A stretch of DNA of 64,000 nt from Verrucomicrobiota bacterium (GCA_028873125.1 JAGWMQ010000001.1:36744-100743); one strand, 5' to 3'; positions 10,125-18,875 are shown, counted from the first letter of the stretch. Program-made: numbers and translations. The notes: a model not told the origin generated them from the sequence alone.

Positions 10125-10636
10125 CCGCACATTTTGACCGGTGCTCGGGGATGGCAGACGGATTTCTGCTCTGGGGACGAGGGGGCGGTGAACGATGATG
10201 CTGCGCCAGGAGCGCTGCTGGAGTTGGCGTCAGGAGGCACTGTGGTCGGTCAAAAAATTCCCGGCAGAGTTGACAGAAGCCCGGCTCAAGGGCACGTCGA
10301 GACGGCTCGTTCCAAAGACAAGGATGTTTTTGTCCAAAGTCTCTCTGGCCGTCGCCGAGGTTTTCCTATTTTCCTTCGGATTTTGGCCTTCGGCTTCGGC
10401 CGCAACCAATTAACGTTGCCTTCGAAAATTTCTACTTTCTCCGGGAACTTTTTCTTCCCTCGTTCGTCACACTGTTCTGAATGGCTGAGGAAGGGTTTGA
10501 AGACGCGGCGCCAAGAAACCTGCGCGGTACGAATCGTTATGGCGTGCTCCAAAATTTTTGGGTCGTGCGGGAGAAATACGTTGGCGGCGGGGAAAAAACA
10601 GTGCAACACCAGTCCGCCGCGCGAGGAAAGGACGGC

Positions 10637-12526
10637 ATGAGAACATTGAGAAACATTGGAACAACGAGAGGATTGCAGACAACCTTTTGCCTCTTGGGCG
10701 CTTGGGCGTTTGCTGGCGCGGCGTGCCTTGTCCGCGCTCAAAGCGCCTACACCCAACACAACCTGGTTTCCGACGTGCCGGGCCTGGCGGACATCACCGA
10801 CACGAATCTCTTGAACCCATGGGGCATCGCGTTCAGCGCGACGGGGCCGTTTCGGATTTCCGACAATCACAGCGGATTGTCCACGGTTTACGATGGCACG
10901 GGCACGCCGCAGTCGCTCGTCGTCGCCATTCCGCCGCCGGCTGGCGGCGCGCCACCCGCCGCGCCGACGGGAATTGTTTTCAACAACACCACCAACTTTA
11001 TTGTTGCGTCCAATGCGGCCGCGAAATTTATTTTCGCTACGGAAGACGGTACCCTCTCGGCCTGGGCCAGCGGAACCGATGCCGTGCTGAAGGTGGACAA
11101 TTCCGCATCGAGCGCCATTTACAAAGGCCTGGCCCTGGGCAGCGCCAACGGCAGCAACTACCTTTACGCCACCGATTTTCACGATGGCAAGGTGGACGTG
11201 TTTGATGAAGAATTTAATCCCGTCGCCTGGCCGGGCGCCTTCACCGACACGAACATTCCGGCGGGGTTTGCACCCTTCGGCATCCAGACCATCGGGACGA
11301 ACGTGTTTGTGACTTACGCGAAGCAGGATGCCAACGCGGAAGACGACGTGGCCGGGCCGGGCTACGGTTACGTGGACATCTATGACACCGGCGGAAACTT
11401 GGTGAAGCGATTCATCTCGAACGGTGCGCTGAATTCGCCCTGGGGCATGGCGGTGGCGCCGGCGAACTTCGGGCTGTTCGCCGGGCAACTGCTGATTGGA
11501 AACTTTGGCGACGGAACGATCAACGCCTTTGATCCGGCGAGCGGCACACTGGTGAGCACGCTGAAGGACACCAACGGCGCGCCGATTGCGATTGACGGTC
11601 TTTGGGGCTTGAAGTTCGGCAACGGCGGTAGCGGCGGCGATACGAACACGCTTTATTTCACCGCCGGCATCGCCGCGGGCGGAGCGGTCGAGGACCATGG
11701 TTTGTTCGGCAGCCTTTCAGTGGCCGTCCCGTCGCGGAACCCCACCGCAGCCAATGTCAGTGTCCTGAACTATCAGTTCAATCCAGCGACCGCCAACATC
11801 AATGTCAATGACACGGTTATTTGGACTTGGCCCAGCGGCTCCTTTGACCACAACGTCACCAGCACGAGCAATCCCCAGTCATGGCCAGCCTCGCTCACCG
11901 AGAATGGCCCGTATTCCTTTACCAACACTTTCACGGCTGCGGGCACCTATCCGTATGAATGCACAATTCATGCTGTCAGTTTCGGGATGAAGGGCACGAT
12001 CATCGTCGCCGCGCCGGACGTGCCGCCTGCGGCTTTGCTCTTCAGTCCGGGTTCCGGCGCCGTCTTCGCCGCTCCCGCCAACGTCACGCTGCGCGCCGCG
12101 GCCGGAGACACCGACGGGTCGGTGACCAATGTGCAATTCCGGGTCGGCGCGACCGTGCTGACCAACCAAACGACCGTTCCGTTTTCGGCGGTCGCCGCCA
12201 ATCTGGCCGCGGGCAATTACACGCTTACGGCCATCGCCGCCGACAACGGCGGGTTGACGGCGACCAATTCCGTGGACATCAGCGTGGTTACGCCGACCGC
12301 GGTGACGCTGACGAATCTGGCGGCGACTTCCGGATCGAATTTTCAATTCAGTTATTTGGTCAACACGGGCTTGACTTACATCGTGCAAATGTCCACCAAT
12401 CTGGCTGCGGGCAATTGGATTCCCGTGGCCACCAACACGGCCGCCAGCAATCCCGCCGTATTTGTGGACCTCCACGCCACGAACAATCCGGCCTTTTACC
12501 GCGTCGGCCGGCTCCCCAATCCCTAG
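10637..12526 (+). CDS. Secreted TIGR03118-like beta-propeller fused to a cupredoxin (type-1 copper) domain, Ig-like domains and a C-terminal FYRV module
   Basis: N-terminal half matches TIGR03118 from memory (YTQHNLVSDVPGLA, NPWGIAFS, LIGNFGDGTINAFDP, GLWGLKFGNG). The cupredoxin part has FDHNVTS and YPYECTIHAVSFGMKG (His, Cys, His, Met ligands). The start is at ATG 10637 with an AGGAAAGGA upstream. Confidence 0.85.
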   Translation: MRTLRNIGTTRGLQTTFCLLGAWAFAGAACLVRAQSAYTQHNLVSDVPGLADITDTNLLNPWGIAFSATGPFRISDNHSGLSTVYDGTGTPQSLVVAIPPPAGGAPPAAPTGIVFNNTTNFIVASNAAAKFIFATEDGTLSAWASGTDAVLKVDNSASSAIYKGLALGSANGSNYLYATDFHDGKVDVFDEEFNPVAWPGAFTDTNIPAGFAPFGIQTIGTNVFVTYAKQDANAEDDVAGPGYGYVDIYDTGGNLVKRFISNGALNSPWGMAVAPANFGLFAGQLLIGNFGDGTINAFDPASGTLVSTLKDTNGAPIAIDGLWGLKFGNGGSGGDTNTLYFTAGIAAGGAVEDHGLFGSLSVAVPSRNPTAANVSVLNYQFNPATANINVNDTVIWTWPSGSFDHNVTSTSNPQSWPASLTENGPYSFTNTFTAAGTYPYECTIHAVSFGMKGTIIVAAPDVPPAALLFSPGSGAVFAAPANVTLRAAAGDTDGSVTNVQFRVGATVLTNQTTVPFSAVAANLAAGNYTLTAIAADNGGLTATNSVDISVVTPTAVTLTNLAATSGSNFQFSYLVNTGLTYIVQMSTNLAAGNWIPVATNTAASNPAVFVDLHATNNPAFYRVGRLPNP

Positions 12527-12547
12527 GCCGACGCGCAGTCTTTTCGC

Positions 12548-13477
12548 ATGCGATCGCCTCGAATGATCCCGGGCGTGCTGGCACTGGGCCTGTTGCTTTC
12601 GTGGCCGGCGAAATCGGGGAAAAATTTATTGCCGCCGCCGGGGGGCAACGCGCCGGTTCGTGTGTTCGCCGCCACGGGCGTGGTTGAATCGCTCCAGCTG
12701 GACGACAAGACCGCGGTCATCCGCAACGACGCCATCTCCAATTTCATGGCCGCCATGACCATGCCGTTCCAGGTCAAGGACGCCGGAGCCCTGGCCGGCC
12801 TGAAACGCGGCGACAAAATTTCGTTTCGACTTCACGTGACCCGGACGGAAAGCTGGATTGACCGGATCGTGAAAATCGGAGCGGCGGAGCCGGCGGCAAG
12901 TCCAAAGGCTGCGGAGGCCTCCCCGGCCGCGGCGCCACCCCCGCAGCGGGCCGATTCCATACTGGACTACGCCTTCACCAACGAGCTTGGGCGGCCGGTC
13001 CGTTTGAATGATTTCCACGGGCAGGCGCTGGCGGTCACCTTCTTCTACACGCGCTGCCCGCTGCCGGACTACTGTCCGCGGCTCTCGAAAAATTTTCAGG
13101 AGGCCTCGCAAAAACTCGAAGCGATGGCTCAAGCGCCCACCAACTGGCATTTTATTTCCGTTTCGTTCGACCCGGCATTTGACACTCCGTCCGTGCTGAA
13201 GGCCTACGGCCAGAGCTACGATTACGATCCGAAACACTGGAGTTTTCTGACCGGGCCGCCGGACAAAATCGCCGAACTGGCGCGCGCGGCGGGGGTGGCA
13301 TACGAAGCGGAGGGCGGCACGATCAAACATAATTTCCGCACGCTTATCGTTGACGCCACCGGCCATTTGCAGATGATTTTCCCGACCGGCGGCGACTTAT
13401 CGGGGGAAATCGTTTCGGAAATCCTCAAGGCCGCCGCGGTGACAAATCAGATGGTTTCGCAAAACCAAAACCGGTGA
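12548..13477 (+). CDS. CusF-like copper-binding domain fused to an SCO1/SenC thioredoxin-fold copper chaperone
   Basis: The N-terminal domain FMAAMTMPFQVKD...LKRGDKISFRL is CusF-like. The C-terminal domain FFYTRCPLPDYCPR...HNFRTLIVDATG is SCO1/SenC-like, but with CX5C instead of the usual CX3C. Confidence 0.8.
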   Translation: MRSPRMIPGVLALGLLLSWPAKSGKNLLPPPGGNAPVRVFAATGVVESLQLDDKTAVIRNDAISNFMAAMTMPFQVKDAGALAGLKRGDKISFRLHVTRTESWIDRIVKIGAAEPAASPKAAEASPAAAPPPQRADSILDYAFTNELGRPVRLNDFHGQALAVTFFYTRCPLPDYCPRLSKNFQEASQKLEAMAQAPTNWHFISVSFDPAFDTPSVLKAYGQSYDYDPKHWSFLTGPPDKIAELARAAGVAYEAEGGTIKHNFRTLIVDATGHLQMIFPTGGDLSGEIVSEILKAAAVTNQMVSQNQNR

Positions 13478-14256
13478 AACTGAAACGGACAGCCGCGGCG
13501 GCGCTGGCGTTTGCCCTTCCAGCCGGCGCCACGTTTATTTTCATTTCCTGTTCCACCACTTCGCACCCCATCGTCGCGCCGCTGGAAATACCCGGCGCGC
13601 ATGACGTCGGCAACCAGGTCTGCGCGCAGTGTCACGCGGACATTGTCCGCGAATTTCCCGCCAGCCCCCACGCGCACTTGGCGCTGGCCAACGCGGGCGC
13701 GCCCGGCGGCTCCGGCTGCGAATCCTGCCACGGTCCCGGCAGCAAACACGTCGAGTCCGGCGGCGCAGCCCGATTCATCATCAACCCCCGCCGCGACCCC
13801 GACGCCTGCTTCCGCTGCCACCTCCAGGTCCGCGCCGCATTTGAATTGCCCGACCATCACCCCGTCATCGAGGGCCGGATGAGTTGCATGCAATGCCACG
13901 ACCCGCACGGCGGCGACATCTACAAGACCTCCGGCGGCCTGGCGATGGCGCGGCGGAATGAGACCTGCGCCCAGTGCCACCGCGAACAGACGCGCCCGTT
14001 TGTCTTCGAGCATCCGGCCGTGCGCGAAGGCTGCACGACCTGCCACGACCCGCACGGCTCCGTCAACCGCATGTTGCTCACGCAGGCCGACGACAATTTG
14101 TGCCTCCGTTGCCACGCCCAGACGCAGGCGGCGCCCGGCCGGATTTACATCGGCAACGTGGACCACACGGCGCTCCTGCAAATCGGCACCTGCTGGTCCG
14201 CCGGCTGCCACACGGCCATTCACGGTTCGGACGTGGACCCGCGGCTGCGATACTGA
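13474..14256 (+). CDS. Lipoprotein multihaem c-type cytochrome (7 CXXCH + 1 CX4CH)
   Basis: Lipobox FISC. Haem motifs: CAQCH, CESCH, CFRCH, CMQCH, CAQCH, CTTCH, CLRCH and CWSAGCH. PFVFEHP and IHGS motifs are typical of paired-CXXCH MtrA/DmsE/NrfB-like proteins. The GTG start overlaps the SCO stop (GTGA). Confidence 0.9.
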   Translation: MKLKRTAAAALAFALPAGATFIFISCSTTSHPIVAPLEIPGAHDVGNQVCAQCHADIVREFPASPHAHLALANAGAPGGSGCESCHGPGSKHVESGGAARFIINPRRDPDACFRCHLQVRAAFELPDHHPVIEGRMSCMQCHDPHGGDIYKTSGGLAMARRNETCAQCHREQTRPFVFEHPAVREGCTTCHDPHGSVNRMLLTQADDNLCLRCHAQTQAAPGRIYIGNVDHTALLQIGTCWSAGCHTAIHGSDVDPRLRY

Positions 14257-16710
14257 ATGAATGAGAAGTTCCAAACTTCAAGTTCCGGGTTCCAAAAAGT
14301 GCCAAACTCCAAGCTCCAGTCCGGCTCCGGTTTGAAGTTTGGAACTTGGAACTTCTTTGGAATTTGGTGTTTGGAACTTGGAATTTTGTCTTCCGTTTCC
14401 GCCGCCGGGGTTGGTCCCACCAATCTCCCGCCGCCGGCGCCGGTCAAAATCAATTTCGATCGCGACGTGCGCCCGATTTTTGAAGGCAGTTGTTTCCGCT
14501 GCCACGGCCCGAGGGAACCGAAAAACGATTTCCGCCTCGATGTCCGCTCCCAGGCGGTGGAAGGCGGGGACGCCAACACGAACGACATCGTCCCGGGCCA
14601 CAGCGACCGGAGCGAACTCATCCGCTACGTGTCCGGGCTTGACAAACGGGTCCATATGCCGCCGCGCGACAGCGGATTGCCGGCGCTGACGCGTGAGCAG
14701 GTCGCCGTGCTGGAGGCGTGGATTGATCAAGGCGCGCCCTGGGGCACGAACGCCGGACCGCCGGCGCTCGTCTTCGCCCTCACACCGACGCTGCGCGGCT
14801 TCGACGCGCACGGCGACCGCGGAAAATTCCGCGAACTGGAAGGCGTTCCCGAAGGCTTTGGCGGCGGCGTGGAAAATTTTTTCAGCCGGCAACGGAACGC
14901 CGGCGCCGTCCTGACGGTGGAAGGCCGCGCCCTGCTCCCCGAACGCGACCTCAAGCTCGCGCTCAAGCTGGAAAAGGACGACATCGGTTTCGTGGACGGC
15001 GGTTTTGAAACGTGGCGGAAGTATTACGACGACACCGGCGGGTATTATCCGGGATTCACCCCGTCCACGTATTCCCCGGGTCGGGACCTCCACGTTGACA
15101 TGGGACGCGCCTGGATGGATTTCGGACTGACCCTGCCCCGCGCGCCGAAAGTGGTGCTCGGTTACGAATATCAATCGCGCCAAGGCAACGAATCCACGCT
15201 GGCGTGGGGAACGGTCCTCCAAACCAGCGGCGCCAAAAACATTTATCCCAATGTCCAAGGCGTGAGCGAACACACGCACCTTTTGAAACTTGAACTCACA
15301 GACGAATGGCTTGGCTGGAACATTGAGGACCGCGCGCGCGGGACATTTTACCGGCTCGGCGAATCGCGCAACGACACGCCCGCCATCCCGATCCTGTCCG
15401 GCGGCACGCAGCGCCTGGATCAAAAGGTGACCTACACGCGGGGCGCGAACACCTTCCGCGTCGAGAGGCAGGTCACGGACTGGTGGCGCGTCTCCGCCGG
15501 CAGCCTGTATTCTCGCTACGATGGCACGACGCTTTTCAATCTGACCGCCGCGGATGTCTCCTGCGCGCCGGTTCCGGGCGCCTATTGGCGGTCGGAAGGC
15601 GTCACTCTGGAACGCGATTCGCGCGTGGCCAGTCTCGCCAGCCTGTTCCTTCCGGTGAAGGGCTTTAGCCTCTCGGCCGCCGGCCAGGCCGAGTGGACGC
15701 ACGAGAAGGGGTTTGGCGACGTGGCGCTGGATTTTGGCGACCCCAATCCTGCGTTTCCCGGCACGGTGAGTGCGAACCAGAACCAGACCGAATTTTCGGA
15801 GAATCTCGACGCTCAATTCAACCGGCTGCCCCACACCGTGGTGTTCGCCGAGACGCGGCTGCAACAGGAGAGCATCGGACAATCCGACGAGGCGGACAAC
15901 GCCATCGCCTTCCTGGACGGCGCCGGGGCCATTGGCCAGCGCACCGACGCGCTCAATCATCTTTACGACACACGCGCCGGCTTCACCTCCTCGCCGTGGT
16001 CGTGGCTGGAATTTGGCGGCCACTACCGCCGCCGCGACAGCGACACCGGCTACGACCATTCCAGCGCGCAACCCGGCAATGGCTATCCGGGCTTCATCAA
16101 TCACCGCGACATCGCGATGGACGAGATCGCGGGGCGGCTGGCGCTGCGTCCGGCGTTCTGGTTGAGCGGGCGGCTGACCTACGCCTGGAACGTGTCGCGT
16201 TATTCCGCCGCAACCGCGGGAGCGACCAATTTTGACGGCAGCCTCGCCGCCCCCGGCGGCCCCCTTCTGGCCGGACGCACCGCATCGCACGTTGCCGGAC
16301 TGAATCTCATGATCACTCCCGCGCAAAGGTTTTACTTTTCCGGCGCGTTCACCTACAGCTTCTCCCGGACGACCACGGCGGACAACGGCGATGCCGCCGT
16401 CGTGCCCTATCGCGGCGACGTTTTTACCGTCAGCGCCGGCGCGGGTCTTGTGCTGGACGCCAGGACAGACTTGAACGCCACCTATGTATTTTCGCGGTCA
16501 GCCTACGGGCAAAACAATACGGCGGGGCTGCCCTTGGGCCTCGATTTCACGCGCCACGAACTGCTCGTGGGCGTCACGCGGCAACTGTCCAAATGCTGGT
16601 CCGGCGCGCTGCGTTACCGCTTTTCCCAATACGCCGAACCCAGTTCAGGCGGGGCGAACGACTTCACGGCCCACGGGATTTTCGCCACGCTCAATTATAA
16701 ATGGCCCTGA
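14257..16710 (+). CDS. PSCyt1-type monohaem cytochrome domain fused to a large putative outer-membrane beta-barrel
   Basis: DVRPIFEGSCFRCHGP...MPP...LEAWIDQGAPW matches the Planctomycete cytochrome C (PSCyt1) domain. The remaining ~650 aa show alternating hydrophobic strand patterns rich in Y/G/S/T, ending in GIFATLNYKWP (aromatic OMP-like terminus). The ATG abuts the stop of the multihaem gene. Confidence 0.7.
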   Translation: MNEKFQTSSSGFQKVPNSKLQSGSGLKFGTWNFFGIWCLELGILSSVSAAGVGPTNLPPPAPVKINFDRDVRPIFEGSCFRCHGPREPKNDFRLDVRSQAVEGGDANTNDIVPGHSDRSELIRYVSGLDKRVHMPPRDSGLPALTREQVAVLEAWIDQGAPWGTNAGPPALVFALTPTLRGFDAHGDRGKFRELEGVPEGFGGGVENFFSRQRNAGAVLTVEGRALLPERDLKLALKLEKDDIGFVDGGFETWRKYYDDTGGYYPGFTPSTYSPGRDLHVDMGRAWMDFGLTLPRAPKVVLGYEYQSRQGNESTLAWGTVLQTSGAKNIYPNVQGVSEHTHLLKLELTDEWLGWNIEDRARGTFYRLGESRNDTPAIPILSGGTQRLDQKVTYTRGANTFRVERQVTDWWRVSAGSLYSRYDGTTLFNLTAADVSCAPVPGAYWRSEGVTLERDSRVASLASLFLPVKGFSLSAAGQAEWTHEKGFGDVALDFGDPNPAFPGTVSANQNQTEFSENLDAQFNRLPHTVVFAETRLQQESIGQSDEADNAIAFLDGAGAIGQRTDALNHLYDTRAGFTSSPWSWLEFGGHYRRRDSDTGYDHSSAQPGNGYPGFINHRDIAMDEIAGRLALRPAFWLSGRLTYAWNVSRYSAATAGATNFDGSLAAPGGPLLAGRTASHVAGLNLMITPAQRFYFSGAFTYSFSRTTTADNGDAAVVPYRGDVFTVSAGAGLVLDARTDLNATYVFSRSAYGQNNTAGLPLGLDFTRHELLVGVTRQLSKCWSGALRYRFSQYAEPSSGGANDFTAHGIFATLNYKWP
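14267..14386. repeat. Heptamer-periodic palindromic repeat (CCAA-type arm then TTGG-type arm)
   Basis: Left arm gttccaaacttcaagttccgggttccaaaaag...ctccaagctccag. Right arm tttgaagtttggaacttggaacttctttggaatttggtgtttggaacttggaatt. The arms are mutually complementary in several registers. Confidence 0.85.
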
Positions 16711-16809
16711 TGATTCCATCAGAAACGGCACAAGGAAAATAAACCGTCCGGCATGAGGCAAAAACCGCATTGCCGCCGGGATGCGGCTGTGGAATGTTCT
16801 TCCGAAGTC

Positions 16810-17583
16810 ATGAGCGAGTTCAAATTCGCCTGTCCGGTGTGCGGCCAGCACATCCGCTGCGATTCGTCACAGAGCGGCTCGGCGATGGGATGTCCGACGT
16901 GCTTCCAGAAGATCATCGCTCCGAACGCCCCTGCGACCGACGCCTCCAAATACATCCTGACGGGCACCAAGGCCGGCGAACGGCCTTCCCTGAAAATGGC
17001 CGGCCAGGGCCCTGCTCCCGGCCCGGTCTCCCGGGGGGTTCCAGGCGCGGTCGTGGTCGTGGTCCTGCTGCTCGGCATCGCGGCGGCAGTGGCGTTTGTG
17101 TATCACGGAACCCTTTTCAAACCGGCACCGGCCGGCGACGTCAAATGGACGCTGAACCTGGGCGCCATGACCATTCCAGACGCGCCCGCCGCCGGACGGA
17201 TTCATGGAACGGATTTCACCTGCCGGCGGGCGGTGCTGGAAGGCGGCGGATTGACGCTGCGTCAGGGCGGGCACGGCGTGCCGGACCTCAGCGTGACCAT
17301 TTACCTGCACGCCAAGCGCAGCGCGGTCCTGGCGGGACAAAATATCCGCATCGCCGCCAATTTCGCCGACGCGCCGCCCGTCCGCTTGCGCTGCAAGGAA
17401 ATCCCGCCGCAAATGAAGACGGAGACGTTCGAAGGCGGCTACGCCCTGCGCCTGGAATTTGGCGCCTTGGCCGGCAAACGGCTGCCGGGAAGAATCTACC
17501 TGTCCACGCCGGACCCGATGAAAAGCTACGTGGCCGGAACGTTCAACGCCGAAATCCGCCAGCCCAAGCCAAAGCGGCCGTGA
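16810..17583 (+). CDS. Zinc-ribbon / single-TM protein of unknown function
   Basis: FACPVCGQHIRCDSSQSGSAMGCPTCFQKI (CxxC...CxxC), then TM VVVVVLLLGIAAAVAFV and a ~150-aa C-terminal domain. The start is set at ATG 16810. Confidence 0.6.
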   Translation: MSEFKFACPVCGQHIRCDSSQSGSAMGCPTCFQKIIAPNAPATDASKYILTGTKAGERPSLKMAGQGPAPGPVSRGVPGAVVVVVLLLGIAAAVAFVYHGTLFKPAPAGDVKWTLNLGAMTIPDAPAAGRIHGTDFTCRRAVLEGGGLTLRQGGHGVPDLSVTIYLHAKRSAVLAGQNIRIAANFADAPPVRLRCKEIPPQMKTETFEGGYALRLEFGALAGKRLPGRIYLSTPDPMKSYVAGTFNAEIRQPKPKRP

Positions 17584-17708
17584 CTTGTGGCCATCCTACA
17601 ATGACCGAGGAATTTCAAATGCCGAACTCCCAACAAAAATCCCCTTGGCCGCTCCGGCCTGGCCATTCGTGAGTCACCGGGATTTCGGAACCGTCATTCC
17701 ACAAGCCA

Positions 17709-18221
17709 ATGTCTAAAACGCATCGTCCGGCGGCCGCGATTATCAGTTTGCTGGCCGGGAGAGGGCAAACCCTGGCGCTCGCCGAATCCTGTACGGGCGG
17801 CTGCCTTGCGCACCGGCTGACCAACGTGCCGGGGGCCTCAACCATTTTTCTTGGCGGCGTGGTGGCTTACAGCAATGCCGCCAAGATGAAATTCCTGGGG
17901 GTGCGGCCGGCAACGTTGCGGCGCCACGGCGCGGTCAGCGCGGCGACCGCACGCGAAATGGCCGAGGGCGCGCGAAAAAGATTCGGCGCGGACTTTGCCG
18001 TCGCCGTCACCGGGGTGGCCGGCCCGGGCGGCGGATCCAAGGCCAAACCGGTGGGAACGGTTTTCCTGGCGTTCGCCGGGGCGTCCGGGGTCCGGGTGCG
18101 GCGCCAATTCAACCCCGGCACTCGCGGGGCGTTCAAGAGAATCACCACCAACCAGGCCTGGGAAATGTTGCGCTCGCGCCTGGCCGAGCCCGAGGCCGCC
18201 CGCCGCCGCGGGAAGCCTTGA
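17709..18221 (+). CDS. CinA C-terminal domain protein (nicotinamide-nucleotide amidohydrolase PncC-like)
   Basis: LALAESCTGGCLAHRLTNVPGAS, GGVVAYSN and AVAVTGVAGPGGG are CinA/PncC hallmarks. Confidence 0.85.
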   Translation: MSKTHRPAAAIISLLAGRGQTLALAESCTGGCLAHRLTNVPGASTIFLGGVVAYSNAAKMKFLGVRPATLRRHGAVSAATAREMAEGARKRFGADFAVAVTGVAGPGGGSKAKPVGTVFLAFAGASGVRVRRQFNPGTRGAFKRITTNQAWEMLRSRLAEPEAARRRGKP

Positions 18222-18315
18222 CTTCCGGAGCCGCCCCGCGGCGACGGCGGATCCAAACGCGCAACTTTGGCCCGACTCCGGAGTTCAACGGGTAAGACTC
18301 AACCCGGAAAATTTT

Positions 18316-18873
18316 ATGCGCCCGCTCTGCGTCACTTTCATCGTTGCCGGCTGCTGGTTTGCCTTGGCGTCCGGCGCCCAGGAGGCCACCAACGCGCCCA
18401 AAACCGAAATCGAGAACTTCGAGGCGCAGACCAACGCGGTCATCATCAAGGGCTTCGGCCAGGTCGGTTCGGTGACGACGGACGCGGGCGTCATTTCCGT
18501 GCGCTGCAAGGAATCCGACGATGTGAGCGCCGGTCGGAAGGCCTACGGCCTGACCGTGGTCTTCGATGGTAACCGCCGCGAGCACGAACGGGAGGTGGTG
18601 GACGATGACGAAATGGATTCCCTGCTAAACGGTCTGGATTATCTGGGCAAAATCACCTACGACGCGACGCCGTTGCCCGGTTTCGAGGCCACTTACACCA
18701 CCCGCTCCGGCCTGCGGATTGTGGCCTACAGCAGCCGGCGCCAGAGCGGCATCCAGAAATTTCTGGAATTTGGCGGCGACCCGCGAATTTCCCTCACCCC
18801 CGATCAACTGGCGCAATTTCAAAAATTGATCGAGCAGGCCAAAAAGACTCTGGATTCGCTGAAGGCGCGGTAA
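18316..18873 (+). CDS. Secreted hypothetical protein
   Basis: ATG at 18316 gives the signal peptide MRPLCVTFIVAGCWFALASGAQE. The upstream part of ORF 17995..18873 overlaps the CinA gene and is Arg/Pro-rich noise. Confidence 0.55.
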   Translation: MRPLCVTFIVAGCWFALASGAQEATNAPKTEIENFEAQTNAVIIKGFGQVGSVTTDAGVISVRCKESDDVSAGRKAYGLTVVFDGNRREHEREVVDDDEMDSLLNGLDYLGKITYDATPLPGFEATYTTRSGLRIVAYSSRRQSGIQKFLEFGGDPRISLTPDQLAQFQKLIEQAKKTLDSLKAR

Positions 18874-18875
18874 CT

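Noticed and set aside
10195-10413. Small hydrophobic peptide ORF (MFLSKVSLAVAEVFLFSFGFWPSASAATN) upstream of the copper/cytochrome operon
   Set aside because: No ribosome-binding site is evident, there is no known family, and it lies in a region with several overlapping noise ORFs.
10286-11698. 470-aa minus-strand ORF antisense to the TIGR03118/cupredoxin gene
   Set aside because: Arg/Gly/Val-rich with no domain signatures. It fully overlaps a plus-strand gene that has strong family motifs. This is a typical high-GC antisense artefact.
14267-14386. Possibility that the heptamer arrays are CRISPR arrays
   Set aside because: The period is 7 nt with no unique spacers, arrays are under 130 nt, and there are no cas genes. 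They are microsatellite-like palindromic elements, not CRISPRs.
14278-16326. 682-aa minus-strand ORF antisense to the cytochrome-barrel gene
   Set aside because: Low-complexity Arg/Ala/Gly composition, and its C-terminus is just the translated heptamer repeat. The plus-strand frame carries the PSCyt1 motif.
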